Notes under the pieces: generated by a model
What the model was told of the DNA's origin: nothing
What the model saw: only the letters and a program-made list of their open reading frames with translations
Databases searched by the model: none
Part shown: positions 22,226 through 31,820 of the stretch, one piece after another
Numbering within the stretch: the stretch's first letter is position 1
Layout: each line of letters begins with the position of its first letter
Position numbers and translations under genes: made by a program
Source of the DNA: Candidatus Saccharimonadota bacterium
GTDB lineage: Bacteria; Patescibacteriota; Saccharimonadia; UBA4664
Direction: 5' to 3'
Length of the DNA stretch: 64,000 bases
Assembly (NCBI GenBank): GCA_019352195.1
Contig: JACAFG010000003.1
Location: 64,956-128,955, forward strand

Positions 22226-23586
22226 TCATCAGGCAACACTTTGTGAGTGAAAAAAATGGGATACGGTAGCGTCGACACCATCATGGCCCATTGACTTGGC
22301 CGAAGCTGATGGACAATGCGCATCTGGGCATCGTTGAAGCCCATCGCGCGGCAATCGGCAATCCCCTCGTCGTCGTTCTCTTCGAGGTGGCCGACGATTC
22401 GGGTGGAAATGGTCTGCCGCAAAATCTCGGCGTTGTTGTGATGATCAGTGCCATAGCCGCCGACACCGGTGATCTGTTGCGTATACTGCGCGATCTCGAT
22501 ATCCCAGGTGGGGAAACGGCGTGTAATAGCCGCTGATCGAGCTCGCATCGACGCGTAATCGGGGCTGGACATGGCCTGGTGGCCTTCGTCGTTGGCATTG
22601 ATATGCGGAATGAGGTGGTCAAGTTGGCGCAGGTGCGCCACCGACAACCACTGCCATTGCAGTGTTTCGAGCAGACCCTGGCCCTTGGCTGGCATACCCA
22701 GCCAATACCAGTTGGCAAAGCGGGCCCCGAGGAAATCGGCCATGCCGCCCATGTGACTGAACGTACGGCCAAAATCTTTGTCGAGGATGCGGTAAAAATC
22801 GGCCGCAAGTAAATGAGCCCGCGAAACAATTTGTCCAACCTCGTCATCGAGCCTGTCATCAGCACGAAACACGCGCTGTTTGATCTCGTAGTACAGGCCG
22901 GGATTGTGCTTGAACCGCTCGTGATAGATCTTGCGCTGCTCCTGGCGACCTTTGAGCTTGTTCGCTTCGACGTCGGCGCGAGAGACGGTGGACAGCGCGT
23001 CGGCAAAATATCTCAGCGACGATACTTTCGGTTTCGCCCACAGCTCATCGACCCCGACACTGATCGCGGCCAAGTCGTATGAGTCATACTCGCGACCCGA
23101 CGAACGTTGGCCCATGATCACAGCCGTCTCGATGTGATCGAAACGGTCGAGACCAATGTCCATAGCGAAGGGGTTAACCAACGGTTCGGTGGCCAGATTG
23201 AACGTTTTGCCACCGCACTTACGGGTTAGAGCGGCGTCTTCCGACTCCCCGTTTTCCGCCTTGCGGCTGTGATCGCGAATGCGCATCATCGCCACTGTAC
23301 CGTCGAGGTTCTTGCCGGCTTGGAGGCCGAGTGCCCGAGCGATAGTGGTCTTCTTCAGCGTCGATTTGCGCGCCTTGATCTGGGCGGTGATGAGCCACGT
23401 ATTGGCAAATGTCATGTCTTGGTCTTGCTGCAGCCACGGATGAACCGCAAACCGCCTGCGATTGTAAAACTCCGTCCCAAGGTATACACCCCGGGTCGAA
23501 AACGGCATGGGAGCCGTGTAGGGCCAGCTGAGAGCAAAACTCTCAAGCGTGCCCGGCAGCGTACGCATTTGGGACATGGAGTTCAC
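22102..23586 (-). CDS. Hypothetical ~490-aa soluble protein with a possible degenerate ParA-like P-loop (IKARKSTLKKTT)
   Basis: The likely start is the ATG at 23577 after SD AGAGGTG. No canonical Walker A. Confidence 0.6.
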   Translation of the reverse strand: MNSMSQMRTLPGTLESFALSWPYTAPMPFSTRGVYLGTEFYNRRRFAVHPWLQQDQDMTFANTWLITAQIKARKSTLKKTTIARALGLQAGKNLDGTVAMMRIRDHSRKAENGESEDAALTRKCGGKTFNLATEPLVNPFAMDIGLDRFDHIETAVIMGQRSSGREYDSYDLAAISVGVDELWAKPKVSSLRYFADALSTVSRADVEANKLKGRQEQRKIYHERFKHNPGLYYEIKQRVFRADDRLDDEVGQIVSRAHLLAADFYRILDKDFGRTFSHMGGMADFLGARFANWYWLGMPAKGQGLLETLQWQWLSVAHLRQLDHLIPHINANDEGHQAMSSPDYASMRARSAAITRRFPTWDIEIAQYTQQITGVGGYGTDHHNNAEILRQTISTRIVGHLEENDDEGIADCRAMGFNDAQMRIVHQLRPSQWAMMVSTLPYPIFFTHKVLPDEWDIIGANSSNDQMVDRVPFAEQTDPRYVRSGLYEATGVTV

Positions 23587-23755
23587 CTCTTTCGAAAATT
23601 GGACAAAAACGGATATATTGGACTTTCAATTTCAAGGTTCGAGACGCTGCTAGGCACCTCGGATATACGTTTTAAGCTAAAACATATATCTGAAGCGCTT
23701 AGCTGTCTCGGGTGGAAAAGCTCCACCCGAGACAGCGGCACGGACATGCAACTGC

Positions 23756-25597
23756 TTACATCATGGGAAGACCCAGATTGGCGCACTGGGCGGCGCGGAA
23801 CTGGCGTGCAGCGCCGGTGACACGCTTGGCCACGTGCTTCTTGGACTTGATGATATTCACGACCGTGCGGATGTCGGCCTCCAGTTGATCGTGCGAGGTC
23901 GCAAGAATCGAGAAGATCCGCGTGTAGTCGGCGCCGTAACCACTCTCGTGCAGCTCGACGCGGCGAGCTTCACCACGCTTGCGCCGATCCTTGGCCGCCA
24001 AGGTGTTGAGCCTCAACCCAGTTCCTTCGGAGAAAGCGTCCTTAAAGCCCGACGCCAGTGTGAGCCACAGAACCTGCAGCTGACTGTTGGTGCTCTCCGA
24101 GAGGGTGGCTTGCGAAAAGTGGATCTTCCGCGCGCCCAGATTGATTTGCCGGTAGTAGTCGGGCAGAACCAACTTGTCCTGCCGTTCGGTGGTATTGGCC
24201 GTGATGACCAAGGTAGCGATGAACGTGCCATCGACGATGCAAAAATCGCGTCCCTGGTAAATGTACTTTCTCGGCCAATGCGGTGACAGCGACTCTGCGA
24301 CAAGATCCTCGAAGTCGCTTGGGGTACCAACAAACTTGGCCCCCAGGCGTTTGCGCGTGTCTTCCTCGGTCTCGTTGACCGAGTCGAGGTGCTCCATACG
24401 CCACGCGTTGTACTCATCGGAATCCGTGATGTGGAGCCCGTTGTAGACGAAATCGCGAGTCTCGGCCAAATCGAGGACATGCGGATCCTCGATCGCGTTC
24501 TGCTCGAGGCCGCCGGTCACCGTATCGATGATCGTCTTGATGTCGGAGGCGCTGAAATCATCCAGCGCCAAACTCCTGCGCTTGGCAGCCCGACTCCATT
24601 CACCCGTACGGCGAATGGACCAAATAGTGACTTGGTCGATATCGAGCTCATTGAGCGCGGAGAACGCCACCGACTGCTGGTATAACCGCCCCGACAAGGC
24701 GAGTCCGTCACACTCCTGATCGGTAAATCCCTCCGCCAAGATCTCATAGGCCTCGTTGGAGAGATTGCCCACCGCGGGATTGATGAGCGCGATGGCCATC
24801 GGATGGTAGTCTTCCTGGAAATCACGTTGGAGCACGAACCGGTCGACCGGTCGAGACCGGTCAAGCGAGGTTACGCGCACCGAGAACTTGTGCTGACCTA
24901 GGGAGACTTCACGGACGACGTCGACGAAGCCGCGATTGCTGTCGGCGGCACTCAGCAGGTCCCAGTTCTTGGTACTGCCGGCGCCGGTCACCACGAAGTA
25001 GTCGGCTTTGGTTACGGGATCGTAAATGCAGGTGTAGACCACGCCACCAGACGCGACGTCATTGGGGTCACCAATGCGGTAAATCTTCAGCCGGATCGGC
25101 CGCCGATTGGGGAAGGGCCGGCGATGACGCTTGGGCTTTACTTCCTCGTTGTTACTGGGCGGTCGGCCCTTCTTTGCGTTAGACCGGGCCTTAGCTTTCG
25201 CCTTGGCTTCAGCCTTAGCTTGGGCTCTCGCTCTCGACTCGGAGTTGCGGTCAGTTTTGGCCGGAATTGGTATAACCCCATCGAAATCGGAAGACATCCA
25301 GAGGACGCCACCGTTCACGACCCCGTGCCACTGACTGACAAACCACTGGCCGAGAACTATGTACACCCGGCCAAAGGTCATCCGCAGAAAAAACATGATC
25401 CAGATTGCAATGCCGATCAACCAGCTATACTGTCCTGGAATGCGCAACTGGATGTAAAAGTCGAGTAGAACGAAGAAGACAAGCGCAATGTGATCACGCC
25501 GGTCGTCGAAACGGAGAAAATTCATCACCGTCCGAGCCGGTATTTTCACATACAATTCGCGAATGTCCCGGCCATCAATTTCTGTTGGACTTGTCAT
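23756..25597 (-). CDS. Large membrane protein (2 N-terminal TM helices, basic KAEAKAKAKA linker, ~450-aa domain)
   Basis: Strong SD AAGGAGG. No recognised catalytic motif. Confidence 0.65.
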   Translation of the reverse strand: MTSPTEIDGRDIRELYVKIPARTVMNFLRFDDRRDHIALVFFVLLDFYIQLRIPGQYSWLIGIAIWIMFFLRMTFGRVYIVLGQWFVSQWHGVVNGGVLWMSSDFDGVIPIPAKTDRNSESRARAQAKAEAKAKAKARSNAKKGRPPSNNEEVKPKRHRRPFPNRRPIRLKIYRIGDPNDVASGGVVYTCIYDPVTKADYFVVTGAGSTKNWDLLSAADSNRGFVDVVREVSLGQHKFSVRVTSLDRSRPVDRFVLQRDFQEDYHPMAIALINPAVGNLSNEAYEILAEGFTDQECDGLALSGRLYQQSVAFSALNELDIDQVTIWSIRRTGEWSRAAKRRSLALDDFSASDIKTIIDTVTGGLEQNAIEDPHVLDLAETRDFVYNGLHITDSDEYNAWRMEHLDSVNETEEDTRKRLGAKFVGTPSDFEDLVAESLSPHWPRKYIYQGRDFCIVDGTFIATLVITANTTERQDKLVLPDYYRQINLGARKIHFSQATLSESTNSQLQVLWLTLASGFKDAFSEGTGLRLNTLAAKDRRKRGEARRVELHESGYGADYTRIFSILATSHDQLEADIRTVVNIIKSKKHVAKRVTGAARQFRAAQCANLGLPMM

Positions 25598-25608
25598 GTC
25601 TCCCCTCC

Positions 25609-26682
25609 TTAGGGCTCGACGGTATCGGCTTCGGCCTTATTACGGTGGTGGTGGTGGACCACCATGAGAGCAGCAGCAGCGGTCCCCGAGAGGGGATTCG
25701 TTGATGATGCCAAGTAGACCGCCCCCTTGAGGGCGCCATAGGCCAATGCGCCGTGGACGACTTTCTTCGGAAGCGAGGTCGGCTTGTACTGGGGTTCAGC
25801 CGGCGGCATCATGTTTTGCGCGTAGTTGTTGTTCACCGTGTCCGCGCTCACTGCTGGCTGGCCGCGCCAATCGAACCTGGTTTGGCCGCTCATGCGCTGC
25901 CGGACCTGCTCAGTCTTGGTCGCCACATAGCTATGCGTCGACTTGAGCATGTAAAACAGGCCGTACCTCGCCACTGCCAGACCGGCGATGAGCGAGACGA
26001 TGGCACCGAACGAAGTGACCGTGGCGGTCTTGCCGCTCACGTACTCCGACAGCACCAGGCACCCCATAACAAAGGGGGCGCCAGCAAACAGCGACACAAA
26101 GCCGATGCTCACGAGCCAGTCGAACGCCGCCTTCATCTTCTGCGACACCACGCTCAGGACAAGCATGGGCAGAAACAGAATCTCGAAGAGGATGATGGCG
26201 ATGCCAAAGATGTAGAACATCACGATGAGGACAATGATGTACCACGACGCCGGCACGAGTCCGACCAGTCCGGCCAAAACACCCGGAATGCTGGGAATGG
26301 TGATGATGCCATTCAGGGGATTCGTCCCGCCCAGATTGAAGAAGTAGTCAGTAATTTTCTGACTGAGGCTTTGCAGCGAGTCACAGAAGCGGAAGAAGAC
26401 TCCCCCACCAATGACGGTCAGAAAAAAGAAGACAACCAACGACTTCACCGCGTACATGAGCCGGCGCTGCATAACAGCACCGATCATGAGCAATACCAAG
26501 GTGATACTCACGGAAAGCATATTGGCAAAGCTCCACGAAGCACCATAGAGCACGTACTGCCAGTCGCCTGGCGGAACACGCGGCGGCTTGATGAGAACCG
26601 CCTTGAGTGCGAGGTTGAGCGTTCGTACAAACGCGCCGACCATGGTCAGAATACCGGAGAGGATAGTACTGATTATGTCCAT
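25609..26682 (-). CDS. Polytopic membrane protein (at least 6 TM; VirB6/TrbL-like topology), His-rich C-terminus
   Basis: SD AGGAGGAGGTGA. Multiple long hydrophobic helices. Confidence 0.65.
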   Translation of the reverse strand: MDIISTILSGILTMVGAFVRTLNLALKAVLIKPPRVPPGDWQYVLYGASWSFANMLSVSITLVLLMIGAVMQRRLMYAVKSLVVFFFLTVIGGGVFFRFCDSLQSLSQKITDYFFNLGGTNPLNGIITIPSIPGVLAGLVGLVPASWYIIVLIVMFYIFGIAIILFEILFLPMLVLSVVSQKMKAAFDWLVSIGFVSLFAGAPFVMGCLVLSEYVSGKTATVTSFGAIVSLIAGLAVARYGLFYMLKSTHSYVATKTEQVRQRMSGQTRFDWRGQPAVSADTVNNNYAQNMMPPAEPQYKPTSLPKKVVHGALAYGALKGAVYLASSTNPLSGTAAAALMVVHHHHRNKAEADTVEP

Positions 26683-26758
26683 CGTTCACCTCCTCCTAGA
26701 GGACGAATGGCCTGGAGCGCGATCCGCACTCCAGGCCATATTCGACGGGACCGGAGTG

Positions 26759-27217
26759 CTAGTAGCAGCCGGGGACCTCTTTGTTGACGGCCGCCGTGAA
26801 GATCTTCAGGACGATCGCCAGAATCACGAGACCGATGGTCGCGAAACGAAGAGCGATCAACAGCGGTCGCAGCGTGACCAGGGCCAACAGTGCGCCACAG
26901 ACGAGTGCCATCAGGGCCACTGAGTAGAAGAGGATCGTCACAACGCCGTACGTCTCGCTGACCACTCCGATGAGTGGCAGCTTCATGATGTTGGCGGCGT
27001 CGCAGCTGCCGCTGTTGATGTAGGACCCCTGGTTGGGACCTCCGCCGCCCGTGGGTGCGGCCGGGACGGCCATGGCCATGGACGCGGAGGTCAACAGCAT
27101 GGTGAACATGCCGCCCAGAACGACGACGCCGCGGGCTGCGGCGGCGCGGAGCCGCACGTACGTTTCGATCATGGCACTACCTTCTTTCTGGTGGGGGTGG
27201 GTAAGACTGCAGCTCAC
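26759..27217 (-). CDS. Pilin-like small protein (signal peptide + two hydrophobic helices; VirB2/TrbC-like architecture)
   Basis: The likely start is MIETYV at 27172 (SD AGAAGGTAG). A signal ends ...SASMAMA. Cys residues sit near the mature N-terminus (SGSCD) and at the C-terminus (PGCY). Confidence 0.55.
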   Translation of the reverse strand: MSCSLTHPHQKEGSAMIETYVRLRAAAARGVVVLGGMFTMLLTSASMAMAVPAAPTGGGGPNQGSYINSGSCDAANIMKLPLIGVVSETYGVVTILFYSVALMALVCGALLALVTLRPLLIALRFATIGLVILAIVLKIFTAAVNKEVPGCY

Positions 27218-28859
27218 CGTAGAGGTTCACAGCTTGGAGCTGAGGGTGGTACCGCGTACCTGTTTCGGCCACCTGATCGATGTGAGAGATGTCGACTCCA
27301 CGCGTATCAGCGGAAATGCGCAGAGCCTGTTCGGCAACCTTCATGTAGGCCAAGAAGGTCTGCATGTCGATCGCGTTGGGGTCACACACGGTTCCCCGCT
27401 TGCTGGCGATGTACGGATCGTACGGGACGGTCATGCACTTGCCGGCGAACTTGTCGGTTGGTACCGCGTGGGCCGATTGGCGCGCAGTTCGGGTAAGTTG
27501 ATCAAAATCGATCTCCTCGCCCACACGAATGGCGTTCACGACCACGATTGATTTCTTGACCTTCTTAGGGGTCTGAACGAATCCTGGCTGGCCAGCAATC
27601 TCTGCCGGAGGCTCGGTGTCCGTTCGATACGCGTCCATCGTGCTCGTGAGCATGAGGCGCGTGATCTCGACGTCGGCCTTGCAGTTGAAGATGATCACCG
27701 TGGCTTTCCGGGCACCGGCCAGAACAATGCTGTCCTCGTTGACGTCGTCGTTGCCCGTATCGAGCCCCATCGTATGGCAGTTGGGGTAGAGGGCATCGAA
27801 CATCCGGTTGAATGTCTGCACCGTCAGCTCGCTGTGGTCGTTGATGACGCTGTTAGGGTTCCCCGAAATGACGCCGAGCCCGATCCGCGGAGTTGTGTTG
27901 ATGAAACTCCACAGCTTTTTGTTTGTCGGATTCGGATCGTCCTCGAGCAACTTCACCAACTTGCCGATGGTGAAGAGCACTTCGGAGTAGATATCGAAGC
28001 CGGCATCGTGTCCGGCCGTGCTCGTGGCGGAGTTCTTGGTGGTCGGAAGCAGGAGCGTGTCCTTGCCGCCAAACAACCTGATGATCGCCAGCACGTACAA
28101 CAACAGGGTGGTCTTGGCGGCCGTGCCCTTGATGTTGGCACTGAGAATGACCGGGTCGATCCCTGGAGTCTGGACGAGCGCGTAGATTCTGGCGCCCGTC
28201 ATGAAGACGTCGTTGTAGAAATCGGCGACTTTCTGGCGAGCTTCCCTCTGACGCGACTCTTCTGCTTGCTCGAGCAGCCGGCGCTGATGCTCCTCGGCGC
28301 TGCGGGCATGCCGAAGCGCCATGAGTTTGTCGATCTGTTCTTTGCTGAGCTTCAGGCTCTTGGGAAACTCTCTCGTTGCGCGGTCGGGGTGCAGCAAGAC
28401 GAACCTGCGTAGGGCGAACCAGTTGCCGAGCCCGCCGTCCTCCGCGATTCGGCGCTCGTCCGGATCCAGGGGATCTGGCTTGATGACCGGGGGTGGAGGC
28501 GAGGTGGGCACGGCCATGCCGTCCTTGATGGTGGGGATGGGCCCAGTCAGGGCATCACTCACCGTTCGGAGGTCGAGGGCCGGGTGCGGCTCAGAAGACT
28601 TGTCCAGAGACACGACCCTCTGGCCGACGGACGCCGCCTCTCCGGTAATGGCGGACACTGCCCGGAGTGTGGGCGATGCCGGTCGCACCACGGGTGCCGG
28701 GCCTCGACCCGTTAGCGCAATACTGGTATCTGGACGTGCGGCAGAGTCAGGACGGCGGCGAGGTAGCCGGTCGTCACGGGCTGGTTCGGACATGGCAAAA
28801 TCCCTTCGGAACGGTAAAAACCTTGGAAAATGGACGGAAGTTAAAATGCTGTAGAACAT
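27177..28859 (-). CDS. Protein with C-terminal ParA/MinD/CpaE-like domain bearing a degenerate deviant Walker A (KGTAAKTT) and an N-terminal Pro-rich/coiled region
   Basis: IKGTAAKTTLLLYVLAIIRLFGGKDTLLLPTTKNSATS parallels ParA [38 protein letters not shown]. The likely start is MSEPARDD at 28793 (SD GAAGGG). Confidence 0.6.
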   Translation of the reverse strand: MFYSILTSVHFPRFLPFRRDFAMSEPARDDRLPRRRPDSAARPDTSIALTGRGPAPVVRPASPTLRAVSAITGEAASVGQRVVSLDKSSEPHPALDLRTVSDALTGPIPTIKDGMAVPTSPPPPVIKPDPLDPDERRIAEDGGLGNWFALRRFVLLHPDRATREFPKSLKLSKEQIDKLMALRHARSAEEHQRRLLEQAEESRQREARQKVADFYNDVFMTGARIYALVQTPGIDPVILSANIKGTAAKTTLLLYVLAIIRLFGGKDTLLLPTTKNSATSTAGHDAGFDIYSEVLFTIGKLVKLLEDDPNPTNKKLWSFINTTPRIGLGVISGNPNSVINDHSELTVQTFNRMFDALYPNCHTMGLDTGNDDVNEDSIVLAGARKATVIIFNCKADVEITRLMLTSTMDAYRTDTEPPAEIAGQPGFVQTPKKVKKSIVVVNAIRVGEEIDFDQLTRTARQSAHAVPTDKFAGKCMTVPYDPYIASKRGTVCDPNAIDMQTFLAYMKVAEQALRISADTRGVDISHIDQVAETGTRYHPQLQAVNLYGELQSYPPPPERR

Positions 28860-28922
28860 GTTGTAAGCAGTTTTTCAAGGAGCTGGTCATTTAACCCATC
28901 TGGTGCTCAACTTCCGGATGGA

Positions 28923-28943
28923 GGTTGACCAATGGGGTTGACC
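28923..28943. promoter_or_regulatory. Tandem GGTTGACC direct repeats (13-bp period) in the divergent promoter region
   Basis: GGTTGACC at 28923-28930 and 28936-28943, within the 350-bp AT-richer gap between the operon and the divergent 29208 gene. Confidence 0.3.
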
Positions 28944-29207
28944 CGGATATTGCTACCCGGTTCCGGAAGCTGATTTTAGGCTTATATTGAGCTTAAAATC
29001 GTACTTGCAGAATCGATCAACAATAATCATTACGCTTGGCTCAAAATCCTAGCGAGACCGTACCACTTTTTATATTTGATGACAAGCACAACCGTCTAGC
29101 ATCTATTAATAGTTGCCATTTGAACATTAATATCGTATAAACCACCCATAGATGACCCAGTGAAATTGGTTCACCCACCTTCATAATCCAAGTCCTAGGG
29201 AGACCTC

Positions 29208-30596
29208 ATGACCGGTCCTACGCCGCCGGCACCATCGACACCACCCGAACCACCGAAACCACCGCGCCACCGACCGCAGTCGACTTTTCAAAGAATGTTG
29301 GAGCCCGAAACCGCCGAGCTGACCTTCGAAGATTACGTCGAAGGGAGCGAACGCAGAGGCCTGAACGCACTGTTGTGCAGCGGCGCCGTCGTGATGCTCG
29401 GCTTTCTTGTCTTCGTGCTCACCCAGCTCGCGTGGCTAAAAGCCACCATCCTGTCGGTTTGGTGGGTGAATGTGCTCATTTGGGCCGTTCTCAGCCTGAT
29501 TGCCGTGTGGATCATTCTGCGGGCGCGTGCTGAGATGGAGTGGATCAACCAAGATGTTGATGCTTTTGGCCGCTACGACGAGGCACAGCCCCCCGCCGAG
29601 CGGCTGCAGGTGAAGTACGAGTGGGTTCCACGCAAGTACACCATCCGCATCTTACTGGCCAAAGTCGCCGATCAAAAAGACCGCTTCGAGGCGATCACCA
29701 AACTGCCCGTAGACAACCTCATACTCGCTACCCGGCGCAAGAAGATTGTGATGTACGCACCCATCGGGGGCATGATTGTGTTTGGGGGCCTCGTCTTGTG
29801 GACTACCAGTTGGGCGTCGGTGTATCTCCAAAACGCGGTTTACAACGTTATGGTGACGCCTCCCGGCGACAATACGTCCGCCAACAGCTTCATCGATAGT
29901 TTGGTAGCCAAGGCCCAAAGCGCGGCCGTCAGTTTCAGCTTCGACTGGCACTGGCTCGTTGGGATGGCAATATTGCTAACCGCCGGTGTCTTCTTGTTGC
30001 GTTTGGCCGTGAGGCACGTTCGGCGTCGGGGCGATGCCAGACGAGCAGCTCGGAGCGAGAACGCGGTGAGGGAACCACATCTGGGCTACTGGACAATCAG
30101 CCTCCTCATTGCTTTGGCAGCGAGCGCAATTGTCGTGAATTTGTGGCACGCCATCGACGTGACTCAGGTTTACCGCAATACCTTCGAAGGCCAATCGGCG
30201 CCCCTCCACCATGTCTTTTCCGGCTTGCCCAGCTGGTTTGGTATCGGTGTCTGGGTATTGGTGGCGCTTTACGGTGTGGGCGCGGTGCTAAGGTGGATGA
30301 GCTTCGTCGTAGCGCTCATGACCACGAGCATTCAGCTGGTGCCCTTGTGGCCTGGCTGGTTGTTCTGGGTGGGGCGTAACCCGGCCATTTTGTACGTCGA
30401 CCGGATCGACCTCAACAACTACAAACAGTCGGTTTGGGGGCGCATCTTCAGATATTGCACTCTCATCATCGACTCACCGGCCCAAAAAGACCGGCAGTTC
30501 AACCACATTTTGGGCATGCCCAAACCCGACGTCATATTGGCCACTATCAACTCCATCGTGAAGGCCAGGCTCCTGATTCAACCGCCCTCAATCTGA
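29208..30596 (+). CDS. Polytopic membrane protein (462 aa) with a Pro-rich N-terminus
   Basis: SD AGGGAG. Many hydrophobic helices. Divergent from the envelope operon. Confidence 0.6.
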   Translation: MTGPTPPAPSTPPEPPKPPRHRPQSTFQRMLEPETAELTFEDYVEGSERRGLNALLCSGAVVMLGFLVFVLTQLAWLKATILSVWWVNVLIWAVLSLIAVWIILRARAEMEWINQDVDAFGRYDEAQPPAERLQVKYEWVPRKYTIRILLAKVADQKDRFEAITKLPVDNLILATRRKKIVMYAPIGGMIVFGGLVLWTTSWASVYLQNAVYNVMVTPPGDNTSANSFIDSLVAKAQSAAVSFSFDWHWLVGMAILLTAGVFLLRLAVRHVRRRGDARRAARSENAVREPHLGYWTISLLIALAASAIVVNLWHAIDVTQVYRNTFEGQSAPLHHVFSGLPSWFGIGVWVLVALYGVGAVLRWMSFVVALMTTSIQLVPLWPGWLFWVGRNPAILYVDRIDLNNYKQSVWGRIFRYCTLIIDSPAQKDRQFNHILGMPKPDVILATINSIVKARLLIQPPSI

Positions 30597-30600
30597 CCCA

Positions 30601-30640
30601 AAGGCCCGGCAGCGCGAAAGCGTTGCCGGGCCTTGTCATT
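30601..30640. terminator. Hairpin aaggcccggc...gccgggcctt between convergent genes
   Basis: 10-bp perfect stem (30601-30610 / 30625-30634) with a structured loop. Weak T-tract. Confidence 0.45.
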
Positions 30641-30655
30641 GGTGATCGCTATTAT

Positions 30656-31444
30656 TTAGGCGGCTTTACGCACGAGCAAAAACATACTGGGGCCAAAATT
30701 GGCGCTGGCGAGCGTGGTTTGCATGACGTTTTCGAGTCCCAGCATGAGCTGACGTGGCAAGACTTTTTTAAGTCCTGGGCTACGTAAGTTTGAGACCGAT
30801 AATTTGCGCTCCACGGTTAAACCGGCGGCAGCCAGCTGGCGTTCCACCGTCGCAGGATGGTGGTTAACAAAGGCAATGCCCCCGTCGGCTGTGCTGGCGG
30901 CGGAAGCCACGTTGATGGGCGTCGCGGGGATTTTTTCGCCTTTGAGCGTGGCCTTGATGCGGTTACGCGCATGGGTGGAGTTAGCGACTTCGAGAATGAG
31001 ATAGCCGCCCGGCGCTAGCACCCGGCTGAGCTCCGCAAACTCTGGCTCTGGCTTCGGTAGGTGGTGCATGACGCGGATCATGGTAATAAGATCAAGCTCG
31101 CCGTCGTTAAACTTGAGTTCGTCAGCCTGCATTTGGACGCGGTCGATCTCGGGGTGATCTTTGAGGAATTCAGCCCCAATATCAAGCTGCTGCTGGCTTG
31201 GTTCGGCGAGGGTAACGCGGTCGGCATATTGTTCCAAAAAGACGCATAAGCGCCCGTAACCACCGCCAATATCAGCGGCACGCTTAAAGTGTTTGCCGTC
31301 AAGCAGACGCGTAATGGCCATTCGTTCGGCCTCGTTTTCGTAGTCGCGGCCGTCCCAATAATGAAGATAATTATGGCTGGGATCATCGTACTGATTGGCT
31401 GGTTTGTGGGAAGTTGGTTCTGACATATTTGAGTATTTTAACAT
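30656..31444 (-). CDS. Class I SAM-dependent methyltransferase
   Basis: Motif I DIGGGYGRL, acidic motif II, 262 aa. Confidence 0.8.
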   Translation of the reverse strand: MLKYSNMSEPTSHKPANQYDDPSHNYLHYWDGRDYENEAERMAITRLLDGKHFKRAADIGGGYGRLCVFLEQYADRVTLAEPSQQQLDIGAEFLKDHPEIDRVQMQADELKFNDGELDLITMIRVMHHLPKPEPEFAELSRVLAPGGYLILEVANSTHARNRIKATLKGEKIPATPINVASAASTADGGIAFVNHHPATVERQLAAAGLTVERKLSVSNLRSPGLKKVLPRQLMLGLENVMQTTLASANFGPSMFLLVRKAA

Positions 31445-31550
31445 CCTGCTTGAGTTTTTCTAAATCTAAATTCGATCAAATTGACTTACTTTAGTAGTTA
31501 TGCTATAGCCGTAAAGTTAATTGGTAAAGCTCAGCCTAGCGAGGCAAGCT

Positions 31551-31820
31551 ATGACATACCCAATATGGCCCGAACGGACTATCCCGTTGACCATTAGCAA
31601 AGCCCGAACGTATTCGGATTTGCTGTCAGATCAACTCATCGATAGCCTCCGGTCTGAAGCGGAGAAGTGGGGCGCTCTGCTCGGTCGGCCCACTTTCATC
31701 GATGCAGACGGCGCGACGTTCAGCAGATCGCCCTCCTCCGGCTTGGCCTTGATGGCGTTGGTGACGGGCAGCTCCTGCTGCAAATCACGCACGAACAAAC
31801 GGACAGCGGCAGCCTGCTGA
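31551..31820 (+). CDS. Hypothetical small protein (89 aa) in a GC-rich patch; uncertain
   Basis: SD GAGG lies 6 nt upstream of the ATG. Overlapping ORFs are open on both strands (high GC). Confidence 0.3.
   Translation: MTYPIWPERTIPLTISKARTYSDLLSDQLIDSLRSEAEKWGALLGRPTFIDADGATFSRSPSSGLALMALVTGSSCCKSRTNKRTAAAC

Noticed and set aside
25753-26787. 344-aa + strand ORF and others (27774..28412, 28321..28854)
   Set aside because: Antisense to SD-led minus-strand genes in a GC-rich operon. Arg/His-rich low-complexity products.
21350-30596. Calling the operon a canonical type IV secretion or Tad pilus system
   Set aside because: No Walker A/B ATPase (VirB4, VirB11, VirD4, TadA) is found in any frame. 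Only degenerate ParA-like P-loops are present, so a named-system call is unsupported.
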